64,000 nucleotides of DNA, from the NCBI GenBank assembly GCA_017601145.1, contig JAFNIV010000002.1, forward strand, positions 23,926 to 87,925, read 5' to 3'. The translations under genes were made by a program, and so were the position numbers. Below, in pieces: positions 1-9,179 of the stretch. Under the pieces are notes generated by a model, which was not told the DNA's origin, did not search any database, and was given only the letters and a program-made list of their open reading frames with translations. How positions within the stretch are numbered: position 1 is the stretch's first letter; every line of letters starts with the position of its first letter. The stretch comes from Candidatus Brockarchaeota archaeon. GTDB lineage: Archaea; Thermoproteota; EX4484-205; JAAOZO01.

Positions 1-871
1 TAGATATTTTGAGGGCTGCAACAGCATTTGAAAATGTTGTTGTTTCTTCTGTACTCAACCCTCTAAGTATCCCAAAAATTACGCCTGCAGAAAAGCAATC
101 TCCAGCACCTGTATCGTCTATAACTTTAACACTGAATGCTTTAGCACTATAGGTCCTACCATTGTAGTGCGCTAAACAACCTTTTGAACCTCTTTTTATA
201 AAGAAAACTTTTTTCTCTATCTTCGCTATTCTTATTAAAGCATCAGTAAGATTCCTCGATTCAAATATTACTTTTGCTTCTTTTTCGTTCATAGTAACTA
301 CCTTAGAAATTTCAATTGCTTTTCTTGAAGCTTCAATGGCATCCTCTTTTGATTTCCATAAGTCCAGCCGTAAGTTTGAGTCGTAAACTACAACCATATC
401 TTTTCTTAACTTATTTACGAAGTTTATCACTTCCTTAAGTTTCTCCTTTTTTCTTATTGTAGCTTCTGTAAAGTGAAAGACTTTTGCACTTTGAACTTCT
501 TCTACAAGTTCGTTGTCAAAAACTACATAATTTTCTGGATCTGAATAGCCCGGAAACCTATAAAAATAGTAAACTTTCTTTTTTCCTCTGTATTCATAGA
601 AGCTTATGCCTGTTTTTATTCCGCGAATCCTTCTTATGCTCCTTGTAATTACTTTATAACTTCTGAGATCGTTTAACACCTTTTTTCCTATTTCATCATC
701 TCCAACGCAACTTAATAGTCCAACTTTTAAGCCAAGTTTTGAAGCTGCAACAGCAGTATTAGTTGCAGATCCTCCAGAAGTACCAAGATATTCGTTACTT
801 TCCTTTATTCTTTCGTTTAAAGACTTTGGAGATAGCTCTAAAAATGCTGAACCGAAGACGTAGGCATCCAT
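1..871 (-). CDS. pfkB-family carbohydrate kinase (ribokinase-like), 3' end truncated by window edge
   Basis: Minus-strand translation from ATG (rc of 869-871) gives MDAYVFGSAFLELSPKSLNERIKESNEYLGTSGGSATNTAVAASKLGLKVGLL, a typical ribokinase-family glycine-rich N-terminus; not in ORF track because it runs off the window. Confidence 0.65.
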   Translation of the reverse strand, partial: MDAYVFGSAFLELSPKSLNERIKESNEYLGTSGGSATNTAVAASKLGLKVGLLSCVGDDEIGKKVLNDLRSYKVITRSIRRIRGIKTGISFYEYRGKKKVYYFYRFPGYSDPENYVVFDNELVEEVQSAKVFHFTEATIRKKEKLKEVINFVNKLRKDMVVVYDSNLRLDLWKSKEDAIEASRKAIEISKVVTMNEKEAKVIFESRNLTDALIRIAKIEKKVFFIKRGSKGCLAHYNGRTYSAKAFSVKVIDDTGAGDCFSAGVIFGILRGLSTEETTTFSNAVAALKIS

Positions 872-940
872 CTTTACAAAAGTATAGTTACAAAAATTTA
901 GAAATACAAGCACAAATCTATATAAGTAAAATAAATCATT

Positions 941-1981
941 TTACTCGATTTTTACTTCTTTGTTCTTTTCAGCTGAAGCATAGATTGCATCTATTATCTT
1001 CATGATTGTTAGTCCTTCCTCTGGAGCTGTAAGCAGTGCTTCTTTTCCTTTTATAACATTAACAAAATGTTCTATTTCTCTCTTGTAGGGATCAACATGT
1101 TGGCAAACAAGATTCTTTTCTACGATGTTTCCATCTTCAATTTCTGTAATTATTTTAGGCGGATTATATGATACTCCAGCTTTGTTTCCAAATATGTTCA
1201 CGTTAAAGGTTTCATCAGTATAAGTTGCCCAGCTAACTTGAACATACAAAGTTATCCCTTTTTCAAATTCTACTAATCCGACAGCTAGGTCTTCAACATC
1301 AAATGGTCCTCCTGGTTCTGGAATTCCCCATCCTCCAAGTCCCTTATTTTGGACTCCTATCTTAGAAAAAGTATATCCTTTTGCAGATTTAGGTTTTGGA
1401 AATCCAATTAACCAAGTTGCTAAATCAATCATATGTGGTCCTAAATCTATAAGTGGTCCCCCTCCTGAGTATTTCTTTGTAGTAAACCAGCTGCCCATGC
1501 CTGGAATACCAAGCCTCCTAAGAAGGTCGGCCTTAGAAAAATATATTTCTCCAAGTTCTCCTTGTTCTATAAGTCTCTTAAGCACTTGGGCCTCAGAAGT
1601 AAACCTTTGAGTCATTCCAAGCATAAGTACCTTCTTATATTTCCTATAAGCTTCTACCATTTTTTCGGCTTCCTTAGAATTTATAGCCATTGGCTTTTCG
1701 CACAAGACATTTGTTCCCTTTGATAATGCATAAACTGTAACACTAGAATGTAAGTAATTTGGAACCGCTACAACAATTCCGTCAGGTTGTTCTTTATCTA
1801 TCATTTCTTCATAGCTTGTATAGATTTTACTTACTTTTGTTTCTTCACCTAGGCTCTTAGCTCTTTCTTCTTTTATATCACAAATTGCTACTAACTCAGC
1901 ATCTTTAGTTACTTTTACATTCCTTGCATGAATTCTTCCTATACTTCCTGCACCAACTAAGGCTATTCTTACTTTCTCCAT
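941..1981 (-). CDS. Gfo/Idh/MocA-family NAD(P)-dependent oxidoreductase
   Basis: 346 aa; N-terminal Rossmann motif IALVGAGSIGRIHARN and EKPMA motif typical of the Gfo/Idh/MocA family. Confidence 0.8.
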   Translation of the reverse strand: MEKVRIALVGAGSIGRIHARNVKVTKDAELVAICDIKEERAKSLGEETKVSKIYTSYEEMIDKEQPDGIVVAVPNYLHSSVTVYALSKGTNVLCEKPMAINSKEAEKMVEAYRKYKKVLMLGMTQRFTSEAQVLKRLIEQGELGEIYFSKADLLRRLGIPGMGSWFTTKKYSGGGPLIDLGPHMIDLATWLIGFPKPKSAKGYTFSKIGVQNKGLGGWGIPEPGGPFDVEDLAVGLVEFEKGITLYVQVSWATYTDETFNVNIFGNKAGVSYNPPKIITEIEDGNIVEKNLVCQHVDPYKREIEHFVNVIKGKEALLTAPEEGLTIMKIIDAIYASAEKNKEVKIE

Positions 1982-2027
1982 TTTTATTCACACTCTTATA
2001 TGTCTACATAGTGTCGTATTTAACTTT

Positions 2028-2393
2028 TTATTTTGGTAGTGTAGGGCTTACTCTTACTGCTGCATCGAAACCAGAGTACCACTTCTTAATTTCTTCTTCC
2101 CCGTATTTTTCTTTAAATTTCGCTATGACATAATCTACCTCTTTTTTGTTTTTTAAAATTTTGCATTCTCCTAATATTTTCATGTTGTCTACTTCTACTT
2201 CTATTTGAGGGTTTATTGCTACATTTTTAAACCAGTTTGTTTTACTCCCAGAAACGGGGAGAAGCAAGATACTATTGTTTTCAAATACATACCAAACAGG
2301 TGTTGAGATCTTCTTTTTGGTCTTCCTTCCAACAAAAGTAATTTTTATCTCTTCGTTTTTCTTTAAAGCCTCTGCAGCATCTTTCCACGACAT
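2028..2393 (-). CDS. hypothetical protein (possibly PPOX-class/DUF385-like split-barrel)
   Basis: 121-aa ORF with ATG start; family assignment is a weak guess from the WYVFENNSILLLP pattern. Confidence 0.4.
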   Translation of the reverse strand: MSWKDAAEALKKNEEIKITFVGRKTKKKISTPVWYVFENNSILLLPVSGSKTNWFKNVAINPQIEVEVDNMKILGECKILKNKKEVDYVIAKFKEKYGEEEIKKWYSGFDAAVRVSPTLPK

Positions 2394-2433
2394 AAATAAT
2401 ATTATTTTTCTAAACTTTTTAAGTCTTTTGATA

Positions 2434-2925
2434 CTAAGTATTTTTTCTAATTTTGTCTATAACTTCTTGCCAATTTTTTACATCAACACCAAACTTAAGA
2501 AATTTTACATTACCAACTTTTTCTTTTATTTTACTTAAGTGTATGTCTCTATCGTCAATATACAAGATTTCATTTGGAGAAATGTTTATCCCCTTTTCGC
2601 TTAAGTTCCTTATTATTTTTTGTATCATTAAGTGCTTATTTGGATGAGGCTCTGCTATAGGAAAAACAAAGTACTTTTCTATTCCAAATAAAGATAAAAG
2701 TTTAAAAACGTTTTCTGGTTCATTCCAGCTTGCCAACGATACTATTATTCCTTTTTTACTAGTTAACTCTAAAAATTCTATTAGTTTTTCGTTTAACTTT
2801 ACCTTTACTCCGTTTACATCCTCAGCTATTTCTTTTGACACAAGTTTAAATGGACTTCTAAGTTCGGTAACGTTGTGATGATCCCATATTGTTTTATCTG
2901 CATCGAGAATAATAAGCTTTATCAT
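2434..2925 (-). CDS. HAD-superfamily phosphatase (magnesium-dependent phosphatase-1-like)
   Basis: 163 aa; N-terminal HAD motif I ILDADKTIW (DxDxT). Confidence 0.55.
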   Translation of the reverse strand: MIKLIILDADKTIWDHHNVTELRSPFKLVSKEIAEDVNGVKVKLNEKLIEFLELTSKKGIIVSLASWNEPENVFKLLSLFGIEKYFVFPIAEPHPNKHLMIQKIIRNLSEKGINISPNEILYIDDRDIHLSKIKEKVGNVKFLKFGVDVKNWQEVIDKIRKNT

Positions 2926-2986
2926 TTTTATATATCTATTCTATAGGTTATACGGTTTCAAACTCATACTTTAGTTAAAGACAACT

Positions 2987-3562
2987 TTAACCTAGCAACT
3001 TCCTTATCTCTTCGAATACTGTTGGTATTGCTCCCTTTTTCTTCATTTCATCTATAGCAAATTCACTATCTTTAGGGTTAACGTTAACCCCCCTTATGGC
3101 ATCAACCAACAAGTAAGTCTTAAAGTTTAGCTTTAAGGCATCTAGTACTGTATTCTTAACGCAGTAATCTGTAGCTAAGCCCCCAACGAAAACTTTTTCA
3201 ATTTTAAGCTCCTTTAATAGTTCTTGTAGTCCAGTGTTCTCAAATCCAGAATAAGCTTCTTTGTCTCTTTCATTTGCTTTAGATACAACAATTGCTATGC
3301 TTGGAAAATTTAGTTTAGGGTGAAATTCTGCTCCAAGTGTGTTCTTTATGCAATGGGGCGGCCAAGGTCCGCCTCTTTCCTTGAACGATATATGGTCTGA
3401 TGGGTGCCAATCTCTTGTGAAGACTATAATATTTTTTGTTGCTTCAAAAACCTCTATGTATTTATTCAGAGGCTCTACAACTTTATCCCCTTCTGGTACT
3501 TCTAAGGCTCCACCCTTACAAAAATCCCTTTGAACGTCCACTACTATTAAAGCGTTCTTCAT
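2987..3562 (-). CDS. pncA: isochorismatase-family cysteine hydrolase, nicotinamidase/pyrazinamidase-like
   Basis: 191 aa; ALIVVDVQRDFCKGGAL N-terminus and conserved Cys (GGLATDYCV) typical of PncA/isochorismatase hydrolases. Confidence 0.7.
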   Translation of the reverse strand: MKNALIVVDVQRDFCKGGALEVPEGDKVVEPLNKYIEVFEATKNIIVFTRDWHPSDHISFKERGGPWPPHCIKNTLGAEFHPKLNFPSIAIVVSKANERDKEAYSGFENTGLQELLKELKIEKVFVGGLATDYCVKNTVLDALKLNFKTYLLVDAIRGVNVNPKDSEFAIDEMKKKGAIPTVFEEIRKLLG

Positions 3563-3696
3563 TCCTTTTCATCACTTTATGTTATAAAAATTATATTTTA
3601 GCTTTTCTTTTTAATCGTACTGTTTTATTAAAATAAAAGCATTAAGGAAAAGATTAATAATTAACTAAATTCCCTTCCAATTTTGCGATTAGAAGG

Positions 3697-4584
3697 TTGC
3701 AATCAAATAAACGTAGGAAAAATGAGCAAATTCCAGTATTTTTAGGTAAAGAAAATACAGATGATTTTATTAGAATAATCTCAAAAGAAGCAACCTTCAA
3801 AAGATTACCAAATTCAAATGAGTTTGAGCTTCTGAGAGGTGTTATAGATAGTTCTCTTATCATACTCTATGTAACTGGAAAACTTGTTTATCAGAAGAAT
3901 GAAAAAATTAGAAAACTTATTGAATTCTTATTTTACGAAAAGTTTAAGGACGAAAGTACAACTGTTGGTTCAGACGAGGCTGGTAAGGGCGAGATTGTTG
4001 GTCCTTTGGTAACAGCAGCTGTTGCTCTAACACCAAAACAAGCTGCTTACTTAAGTTCGGTTGGAGTTACTGATAGTAAACTGATTCCAGATAATAGAAT
4101 TGAAATGTTAGCAAAAGAAATAATTCATAATTGTCAGGCAAGCTCTACGTTATCTATTTATCCGATGAAATTTAACATTTTACTCAAAAATTATTCTTCA
4201 AAGGGGCTTGGGTTGAATGATATTTTGGCTTTAGCCCACTCCATAGTTATAAGAAGAGTAGTCTTAAAGCTAAAAGAAAAAAGCTACAGTATAGTCATAG
4301 ATGAATTTGATAGCTCAAAAAGTAAGGGGAAAATAAAATGGATCGTAGAAAAACTAAGAGCGCCCAACGTTCATTCGTTTACAAAGGCAGAGTCAGTACC
4401 AGCAGTAGCTTCAGCAAGTATACTTGCTAGGTACAAGTACTTGAAATGGGTAAGTAAGAACTTAAGTAAAGAAGAACTTGAAGAGTTAAGAAGGGATCCT
4501 ACAAGTTATGCAAGCAAAGTTAATTATAGTCCTTCGTTGTTTAAGCTAGCTTATTTCCATTCTTCTTTTAAAAATAATTTTTAG
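3697..4584 (+). CDS. rnhB: ribonuclease HII with ~90-aa N-terminal extension (TTG start)
   Basis: DEAGKGEIVGPLV catalytic motif (DEAGRG consensus) and the rest of the RNase HII fold; no in-frame ATG/GTG upstream of the motif, only TTG at 3697. Confidence 0.75.
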   Translation: MQSNKRRKNEQIPVFLGKENTDDFIRIISKEATFKRLPNSNEFELLRGVIDSSLIILYVTGKLVYQKNEKIRKLIEFLFYEKFKDESTTVGSDEAGKGEIVGPLVTAAVALTPKQAAYLSSVGVTDSKLIPDNRIEMLAKEIIHNCQASSTLSIYPMKFNILLKNYSSKGLGLNDILALAHSIVIRRVVLKLKEKSYSIVIDEFDSSKSKGKIKWIVEKLRAPNVHSFTKAESVPAVASASILARYKYLKWVSKNLSKEELEELRRDPTSYASKVNYSPSLFKLAYFHSSFKNNF

Positions 4585-4824
4585 TACTCTTTAAGTTAAG
4601 ACCTAATATAGCCTTAATTATTATTTTTCGTATTTTTGGCTCTTTTTGAAAAAATGCTTCATTTTTTAGGTCAAAAACCAAAAAACTCATTTTTCTTAAT
4701 GCTTTATACTTTCCTGTTGTTACTTTTGTAATTAATCAAAAAATTACTTACATTTTTAACTTTATATTAAATTATCGTAAAAAAATCTAAAATAAGCGAT
4801 TTTTAGGCAAAAATAGAGAAACAT

Positions 4825-4831
4825 TTAAATT
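4825..4831 (+). promoter_or_regulatory. TATA-like box (TTTAAAT) ~33 bp upstream of speH ATG; leaderless-type promoter
   Basis: AT-rich hexamer at the canonical archaeal distance from the start codon, no SD motif in between. Confidence 0.4.
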
Positions 4832-4860
4832 TACATCCAATATTTAATGGAATTGGAAAA

Positions 4861-5259
4861 ATGATGGATTACCTCGGAACACAAATAATTGCTGAATTAT
4901 TTAAGTGCAAGCCCAAGCGTCTCAACAGTTTAGCTACTGTGAAAAAGGCGATGCTCGAGGCAGCAAAAGCCTCGAACTCTACAGTAGTAAGGAGCGTCTT
5001 TCATAAGTTCAGTCCACAAGGAATCTCTGGAGTTGTTGTAGTTGCAGAATCGCACTTAGCTATTCATACTTGGCCAGAGTATGGATATGCTGCTGTAGAT
5101 GTTTTTACTTGTGGCAAGCATACAAAACCAGAAGAAGGCCTAAAAGTTTTAGCTAAGTTCCTAGGTGCAAGAAGAATTAAGTTCAAAAAGATAAAGAGAG
5201 GCATACTAAGTGAAGTAGAAGATGATGGTAGGAAGTTATTACTTAACCCCAACAAGTGA
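4861..5259 (+). CDS. speH: S-adenosylmethionine decarboxylase proenzyme, pyruvoyl-dependent (archaeal/class 1b)
   Basis: 132 aa; VVVAESHLAIHTWPE self-processing site (E-S cleavage) and FTCG motif. Confidence 0.85.
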   Translation: MMDYLGTQIIAELFKCKPKRLNSLATVKKAMLEAAKASNSTVVRSVFHKFSPQGISGVVVVAESHLAIHTWPEYGYAAVDVFTCGKHTKPEEGLKVLAKFLGARRIKFKKIKRGILSEVEDDGRKLLLNPNK

Positions 5260-6154
5260 TAATTTTTTTCAACTTATTCCTCTTAAAAGGATATTGTACT
5301 CAAAGGAGAGTAAGTACCAAAGGATTGAAATAGTAGAAACAGCTAAAGGAGTAGCTCTCGTACTAGATGGGCTAGTCCAGATTCACGAAGATGATGAGTA
5401 TATTTATCATGAGTCTCTAGTTCATCCAACTTTGATTGGTATTGATCGTCCAAGGAATGCGCTTATAATTGGAGGCGGCGACGGATGTGCTGCAAGAGAG
5501 CTTTTAAAGGACGTTGATATAAAGAAAATTACATTAGTTGATCTTGACAAAGATGTAATAGAAGTTAGCAAAAAATTCTTAAGAAAAATAAATGAAGGCT
5601 CGTTAGAGAACAAAAAAGTAAAGATAGTGGTAGGTGATGGAAGAAAGTTTTTGGAAGAAACTGAGGATAATTACGATGTTATTGTTGTAGATGCTACAGA
5701 TCCTACTCCTTCTGGACCTTCTCTACTTCTTTACTCAAAACAATTCTATGAATTAGCTAGAAGTAAATTGGAAGACGGCGGTGCTTTGGTAACACAAGCA
5801 ACAGTTTTTGGGTCTAACCAATATGTAAGAATATATTCAACAGTAAAGAAAGTTTTTGGTAATGCCGTTTGTTCTCATTCTTTTGTGAAGTCGTTTGGAG
5901 ATGAATGGGGCTTCGTAACAGCTATTAAAAATAGAAAAAGTGTGACAAAAGAAAAAAATGAGGTTAGACTATGGATTAAAAATAAGTTAAGAAAAACTCT
6001 TAAGTACCTAAACGAAGAAACTTATGTTGCAAACTTTTCTATTTCAAATAAAGTAAAGAAAAGAATCGATAAAGGCTCAAAAATCATAGAGGATTCTGAA
6101 GCAATCCAAGTTAAAACATCCAAAGTTTCAAGTATTTGGGCATTCGAAGAATAA
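5222..6154 (+). CDS. speE: spermidine synthase-family aminopropyltransferase with Lys-rich C-terminal extension
   Basis: YQRIEIVE...LVLDG...IIGGGDGCAAREL motifs; overlaps speH by 38 nt; ~70-aa C-terminal extension beyond the canonical fold. Confidence 0.8.
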   Translation: MMVGSYYLTPTSDNFFQLIPLKRILYSKESKYQRIEIVETAKGVALVLDGLVQIHEDDEYIYHESLVHPTLIGIDRPRNALIIGGGDGCAARELLKDVDIKKITLVDLDKDVIEVSKKFLRKINEGSLENKKVKIVVGDGRKFLEETEDNYDVIVVDATDPTPSGPSLLLYSKQFYELARSKLEDGGALVTQATVFGSNQYVRIYSTVKKVFGNAVCSHSFVKSFGDEWGFVTAIKNRKSVTKEKNEVRLWIKNKLRKTLKYLNEETYVANFSISNKVKKRIDKGSKIIEDSEAIQVKTSKVSSIWAFEE

Positions 6155-6540
6155 TCAAAAATATATCTAAAAGACTCATTTTAGAAGAAAGAACAACATT
6201 CTATAAAAATATAAAATTTCTGAGTAGTCTATAAACCTTTATGTAACTCAGATAAAGCCAATTTCCTTGAAACTTTATATACTTCTTTGGAATGTAGCCT
6301 TCTAAATCCTTTTAGGATTTTCCAGAGATTTAGACAAAACTGATGAGTATATACCCAAATAGTTGTGAGCTGTCTTTTACTTCTCAAAACCTTTAGCTTA
6401 TTAAACTAAGCCTAACTTCTGCATTCCTTCTTAGCTTTACATGAATTTTGACAAGAAAGCCTCTTCAGCAGTTTCAAAATAGAAAAGTTTAAGTAGTGGT
6501 CTAACTCCCTTAACTCTTTGATAGAAGAAGAACTCTTACG

Positions 6541-6700
6541 CCCTCTCTGTTCTGGAAGCATGGCTTCCTATGAGGGCAGGTTGATGAAATGCGAAGATAG
6601 AGACATAGTAGTAGTATTGAACCTTCAGATTCGGGGAGAAGGGTTCCCCCAAAGAGCCCTCGATGAAATAATTGAGAGGGAAGGGTTAAGTAGGAATGAA
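6541..6700 (+). ncRNA. candidate structured ncRNA; 5' part resembles the RNase P RNA P4/CR-I consensus
   Basis: GGAAGCAUGGCUUCCUAUGAGGGCAGG vs consensus GGAAAGUCCGGGCUCCAUAGGGCAGG; nested long-range complements CCCTCTC(6541-6547)/GAGAGGG(6674-6680) and GAGGGC(6572-6577)/GCCCTC(6656-6661); local hairpins 6554-6568 and 6633-6650; may extend to ~6830 (CUCCA...UGGAG hairpin). Confidence 0.3.
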
Positions 6701-6940
6701 ACATCATCTATCTCTACTTAACTCAGAACCCTTAGTTTAATAGAGTTTTGAATTTATGTAATTTGAACAAGCTGCTCAGCCTCAAGAACCGAAGATCTCC
6801 AGAATTTAGTCGTGGAGAGTATCAATATCACTAATTAAGGTTATTAGTTAAATTAAAATATCTCATTAACTTTAATAAATTCTTATGGTTTGTAACAAAT
6901 GTAACTATTTTACTTATTAAGATATAAAATACATTGGTAG

Positions 6941-6960
6941 TTTAAAGAAAACTTTTTATT
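6941..6960 (+). promoter_or_regulatory. TATA-like elements (TTTAAA / TTTTATT) 27-45 bp upstream of the acs ATG at 6987
   Basis: Canonical archaeal promoter geometry for a leaderless mRNA. Confidence 0.4.
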
Positions 6961-6986
6961 GAAAAGAAAACAAGTTGTGCGAGAGA

Positions 6987-9119
6987 ATGACTGAGCTAAA
7001 TGAAGTAATAACTAAACTCCTTAGACCAAACAGTATAGCAGTTATAGGAGCTGCAAGAGAGCCAGAGAAAATAGGTCATGTTGTAGTAAAAAATATCTTA
7101 GAAAGTTCTTTTCCAAAAGAAAAAGTTTTTCCTATAAACCCAAACGCAGATGAAATTCTGGGCTTAAAGTGTTATAAGTCTATCAAAGATGTTCCATATA
7201 GCATTGACTTAGCAATCATAGTTGTTCCTGCAAAAATAGTACCTCAAGTGCTTAAAGAAAGTGTAGAAAAAGGTGTAAAAGCAATTGCTATAATTTCCGC
7301 AGGATTTAAAGAAATAGGCAACGTAAAAGAGGAGCTGGAGCTTGTTGAAATTGCAAGGAATGGAAGTGCAAGGATTTTAGGCCCCAACATAGTTGGAGTG
7401 GCAGATACAGTGAAAAAAGTGAATGCAGGCTTTATACAGCAGTTACCCAAGCAAGGAAAGATTGCTTTTATCAGTCAAAGTGGGGCTTTAGCAATAGGCT
7501 TAGCAGGCTGGACTTCACTGAAACAAATTGGTCTATCTGACTTAGTTAGTATAGGTAACAAAGCGGACTTAAATGAAGTTGACTTCATAGAATACTTTGG
7601 AGATGACAAGTGTACTAAGGTTATAACTTTATACTTAGAAGGTATAGATGATGGACAACGATTCCTAAAGGTTTCTAAGGAGGTAAGTAAAAAGAAGCCA
7701 ATAATAGTACTGAAACCAGGGAAAGCACAAAGAACTTCGCAAGCAATAAAGTCTCACACTGGCTCTTTAGCTGGTTCAGATATAGCTTATGAAGTGGCTT
7801 TTAAACAAGCTGGAGTAATACGAGCACCTACGATAGTTGAGCTCTTTGATTGGGCCACTGCATTCGACTTGCTTCCATTACCTCATGGTGAAAATTCTGT
7901 CATTTTAACAAATGGAGGTGGAGCTGGAGTTATGGCAACGGATGCTGCTGAAGAGTTTGAAGTAAAGCTTATGGATATTCCAAAGGACTTAGCAGAAAAC
8001 CTTAGGAAATTTATGCCTCCTTTTGGTAGCGTATATAATCCAGTTGACCTAACTGGAATGGCTTCTTCAAATGATTATGAAGGAGCACTAAAGGCACTAT
8101 TAGAAGATGAAAGAGTCGATAACGTAATAGTACTATATTGTCATACGGCGCAAACTAATCCATTAGATGTAGCAAATGCTATCATAAGGGCAAAAAGTTC
8201 ACTAAACAACGGAAAACCAATAACTGCATCTTTCATTGGAGGAAAAGAATGCGATGATGCCATAAAATTACTTATTTCAAATGGAATTCCAGCTTACGAC
8301 ATACCTGAAAAAGCGGTTTCTTCCCTTGGCCAACTACTAAAATACAATAGGTTCTTAGAAAAACAGAAATTAACAATAAAGGAACAAGAAGTTAAAGTAG
8401 ATAAGAATAAAGCAGAAAAAATAATAAAAGCTGTGTTAAAGGAAAAAAGAAATATACTTCTTCCCTCTGAAGCTGCTGAACTTGCAGAATCATATGGCAT
8501 ACCCGTAGTTAGTAAAGTCAGAGTAAGTAACATAGAAGAAGCAATAAAAGCTGCAAATAAAGTTGGATATCCTGTAGTTTTAGAAGTAGAGTCTCCAAAT
8601 ATACTTCATAAAGTTGATGTTGGAGGAATCATACTTAATGTTAAAGACCAAGATGAAGTAAAACAAGCGTATGAAAAGATTATGGCAAGCGTGAAACAAA
8701 AGGCACCAAACGCTGAGATAAGAGGAATACTTGTTAGAAAGATGGTTCCGCAAGGGAGAGAAATAGCCATAGGCGTTCATAGAGATGCTGTCTTTGGTCC
8801 ACTAGTAATGTTTGGAAGTGGTGGTACCTTCATAGAACTTTACAAAGATGTAACTTTCAGGGTTGCGCCGCTCACGAAAGAAGATGCGGAAGAAATGATA
8901 AATGAAACTAAAGCATCAAAACTTATTGAAGGTATAAGGGGTGAGAAACCTTCAGATAAAGAAAAAGTTAAAGAAATCATAGTTAGGGTTGCAAAATTAG
9001 CGGAAGACTTCCCAGAAATAGAAGATGTTGATATAAATCCCTTATTCGTTTATGGCGTTGGCGACTATAGTGTCGCAGCTCTTGCTGCTGATGTAAAAGT
9101 AATTTTAAGAAAATCTTAA
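6987..9119 (+). CDS. acetyl-CoA synthetase (ADP-forming), fused alpha-beta subunits
   Basis: CoA-binding N-terminus (SIAVIGAAREPEKIGHVV), succinyl-CoA-synthetase-like ligase domain and ATP-grasp C-terminal half in one 710-aa polypeptide; the ORF-track start at 6975 is TTG, and ATG at 6987 is more likely. Confidence 0.8.
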   Translation: MTELNEVITKLLRPNSIAVIGAAREPEKIGHVVVKNILESSFPKEKVFPINPNADEILGLKCYKSIKDVPYSIDLAIIVVPAKIVPQVLKESVEKGVKAIAIISAGFKEIGNVKEELELVEIARNGSARILGPNIVGVADTVKKVNAGFIQQLPKQGKIAFISQSGALAIGLAGWTSLKQIGLSDLVSIGNKADLNEVDFIEYFGDDKCTKVITLYLEGIDDGQRFLKVSKEVSKKKPIIVLKPGKAQRTSQAIKSHTGSLAGSDIAYEVAFKQAGVIRAPTIVELFDWATAFDLLPLPHGENSVILTNGGGAGVMATDAAEEFEVKLMDIPKDLAENLRKFMPPFGSVYNPVDLTGMASSNDYEGALKALLEDERVDNVIVLYCHTAQTNPLDVANAIIRAKSSLNNGKPITASFIGGKECDDAIKLLISNGIPAYDIPEKAVSSLGQLLKYNRFLEKQKLTIKEQEVKVDKNKAEKIIKAVLKEKRNILLPSEAAELAESYGIPVVSKVRVSNIEEAIKAANKVGYPVVLEVESPNILHKVDVGGIILNVKDQDEVKQAYEKIMASVKQKAPNAEIRGILVRKMVPQGREIAIGVHRDAVFGPLVMFGSGGTFIELYKDVTFRVAPLTKEDAEEMINETKASKLIEGIRGEKPSDKEKVKEIIVRVAKLAEDFPEIEDVDINPLFVYGVGDYSVAALAADVKVILRKS

Positions 9120-9133
9120 AACGAAAATAAAAT

Positions 9134-9144
9134 TTTTATTTTTC
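9134..9144 (+). terminator. T-tract (TTTTTATTTTT) downstream of the acs stop, in a convergent intergenic region
   Basis: Archaeal intrinsic termination uses oligo-T tracts; lies between convergent acs (+) and GGPP synthase (-). Confidence 0.3.
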
Positions 9145-9179
9145 TGCAAAATTTCATATATTTTTAGTTGCAAACATTA

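Noticed and set aside
763-1005. 80-aa plus-strand ORF spanning the junction of two minus-strand genes
   Set aside because: Overlaps the pfkB kinase start and the oxidoreductase end; no homology features; antisense artefact
6510-6721. Overlapping 65-aa (minus) and 67-aa (plus) ORFs
   Set aside because: They coincide with the nested-helix RNA candidate; neither has protein-like features or an SD/TATA context; kept only as an alternative in the finding
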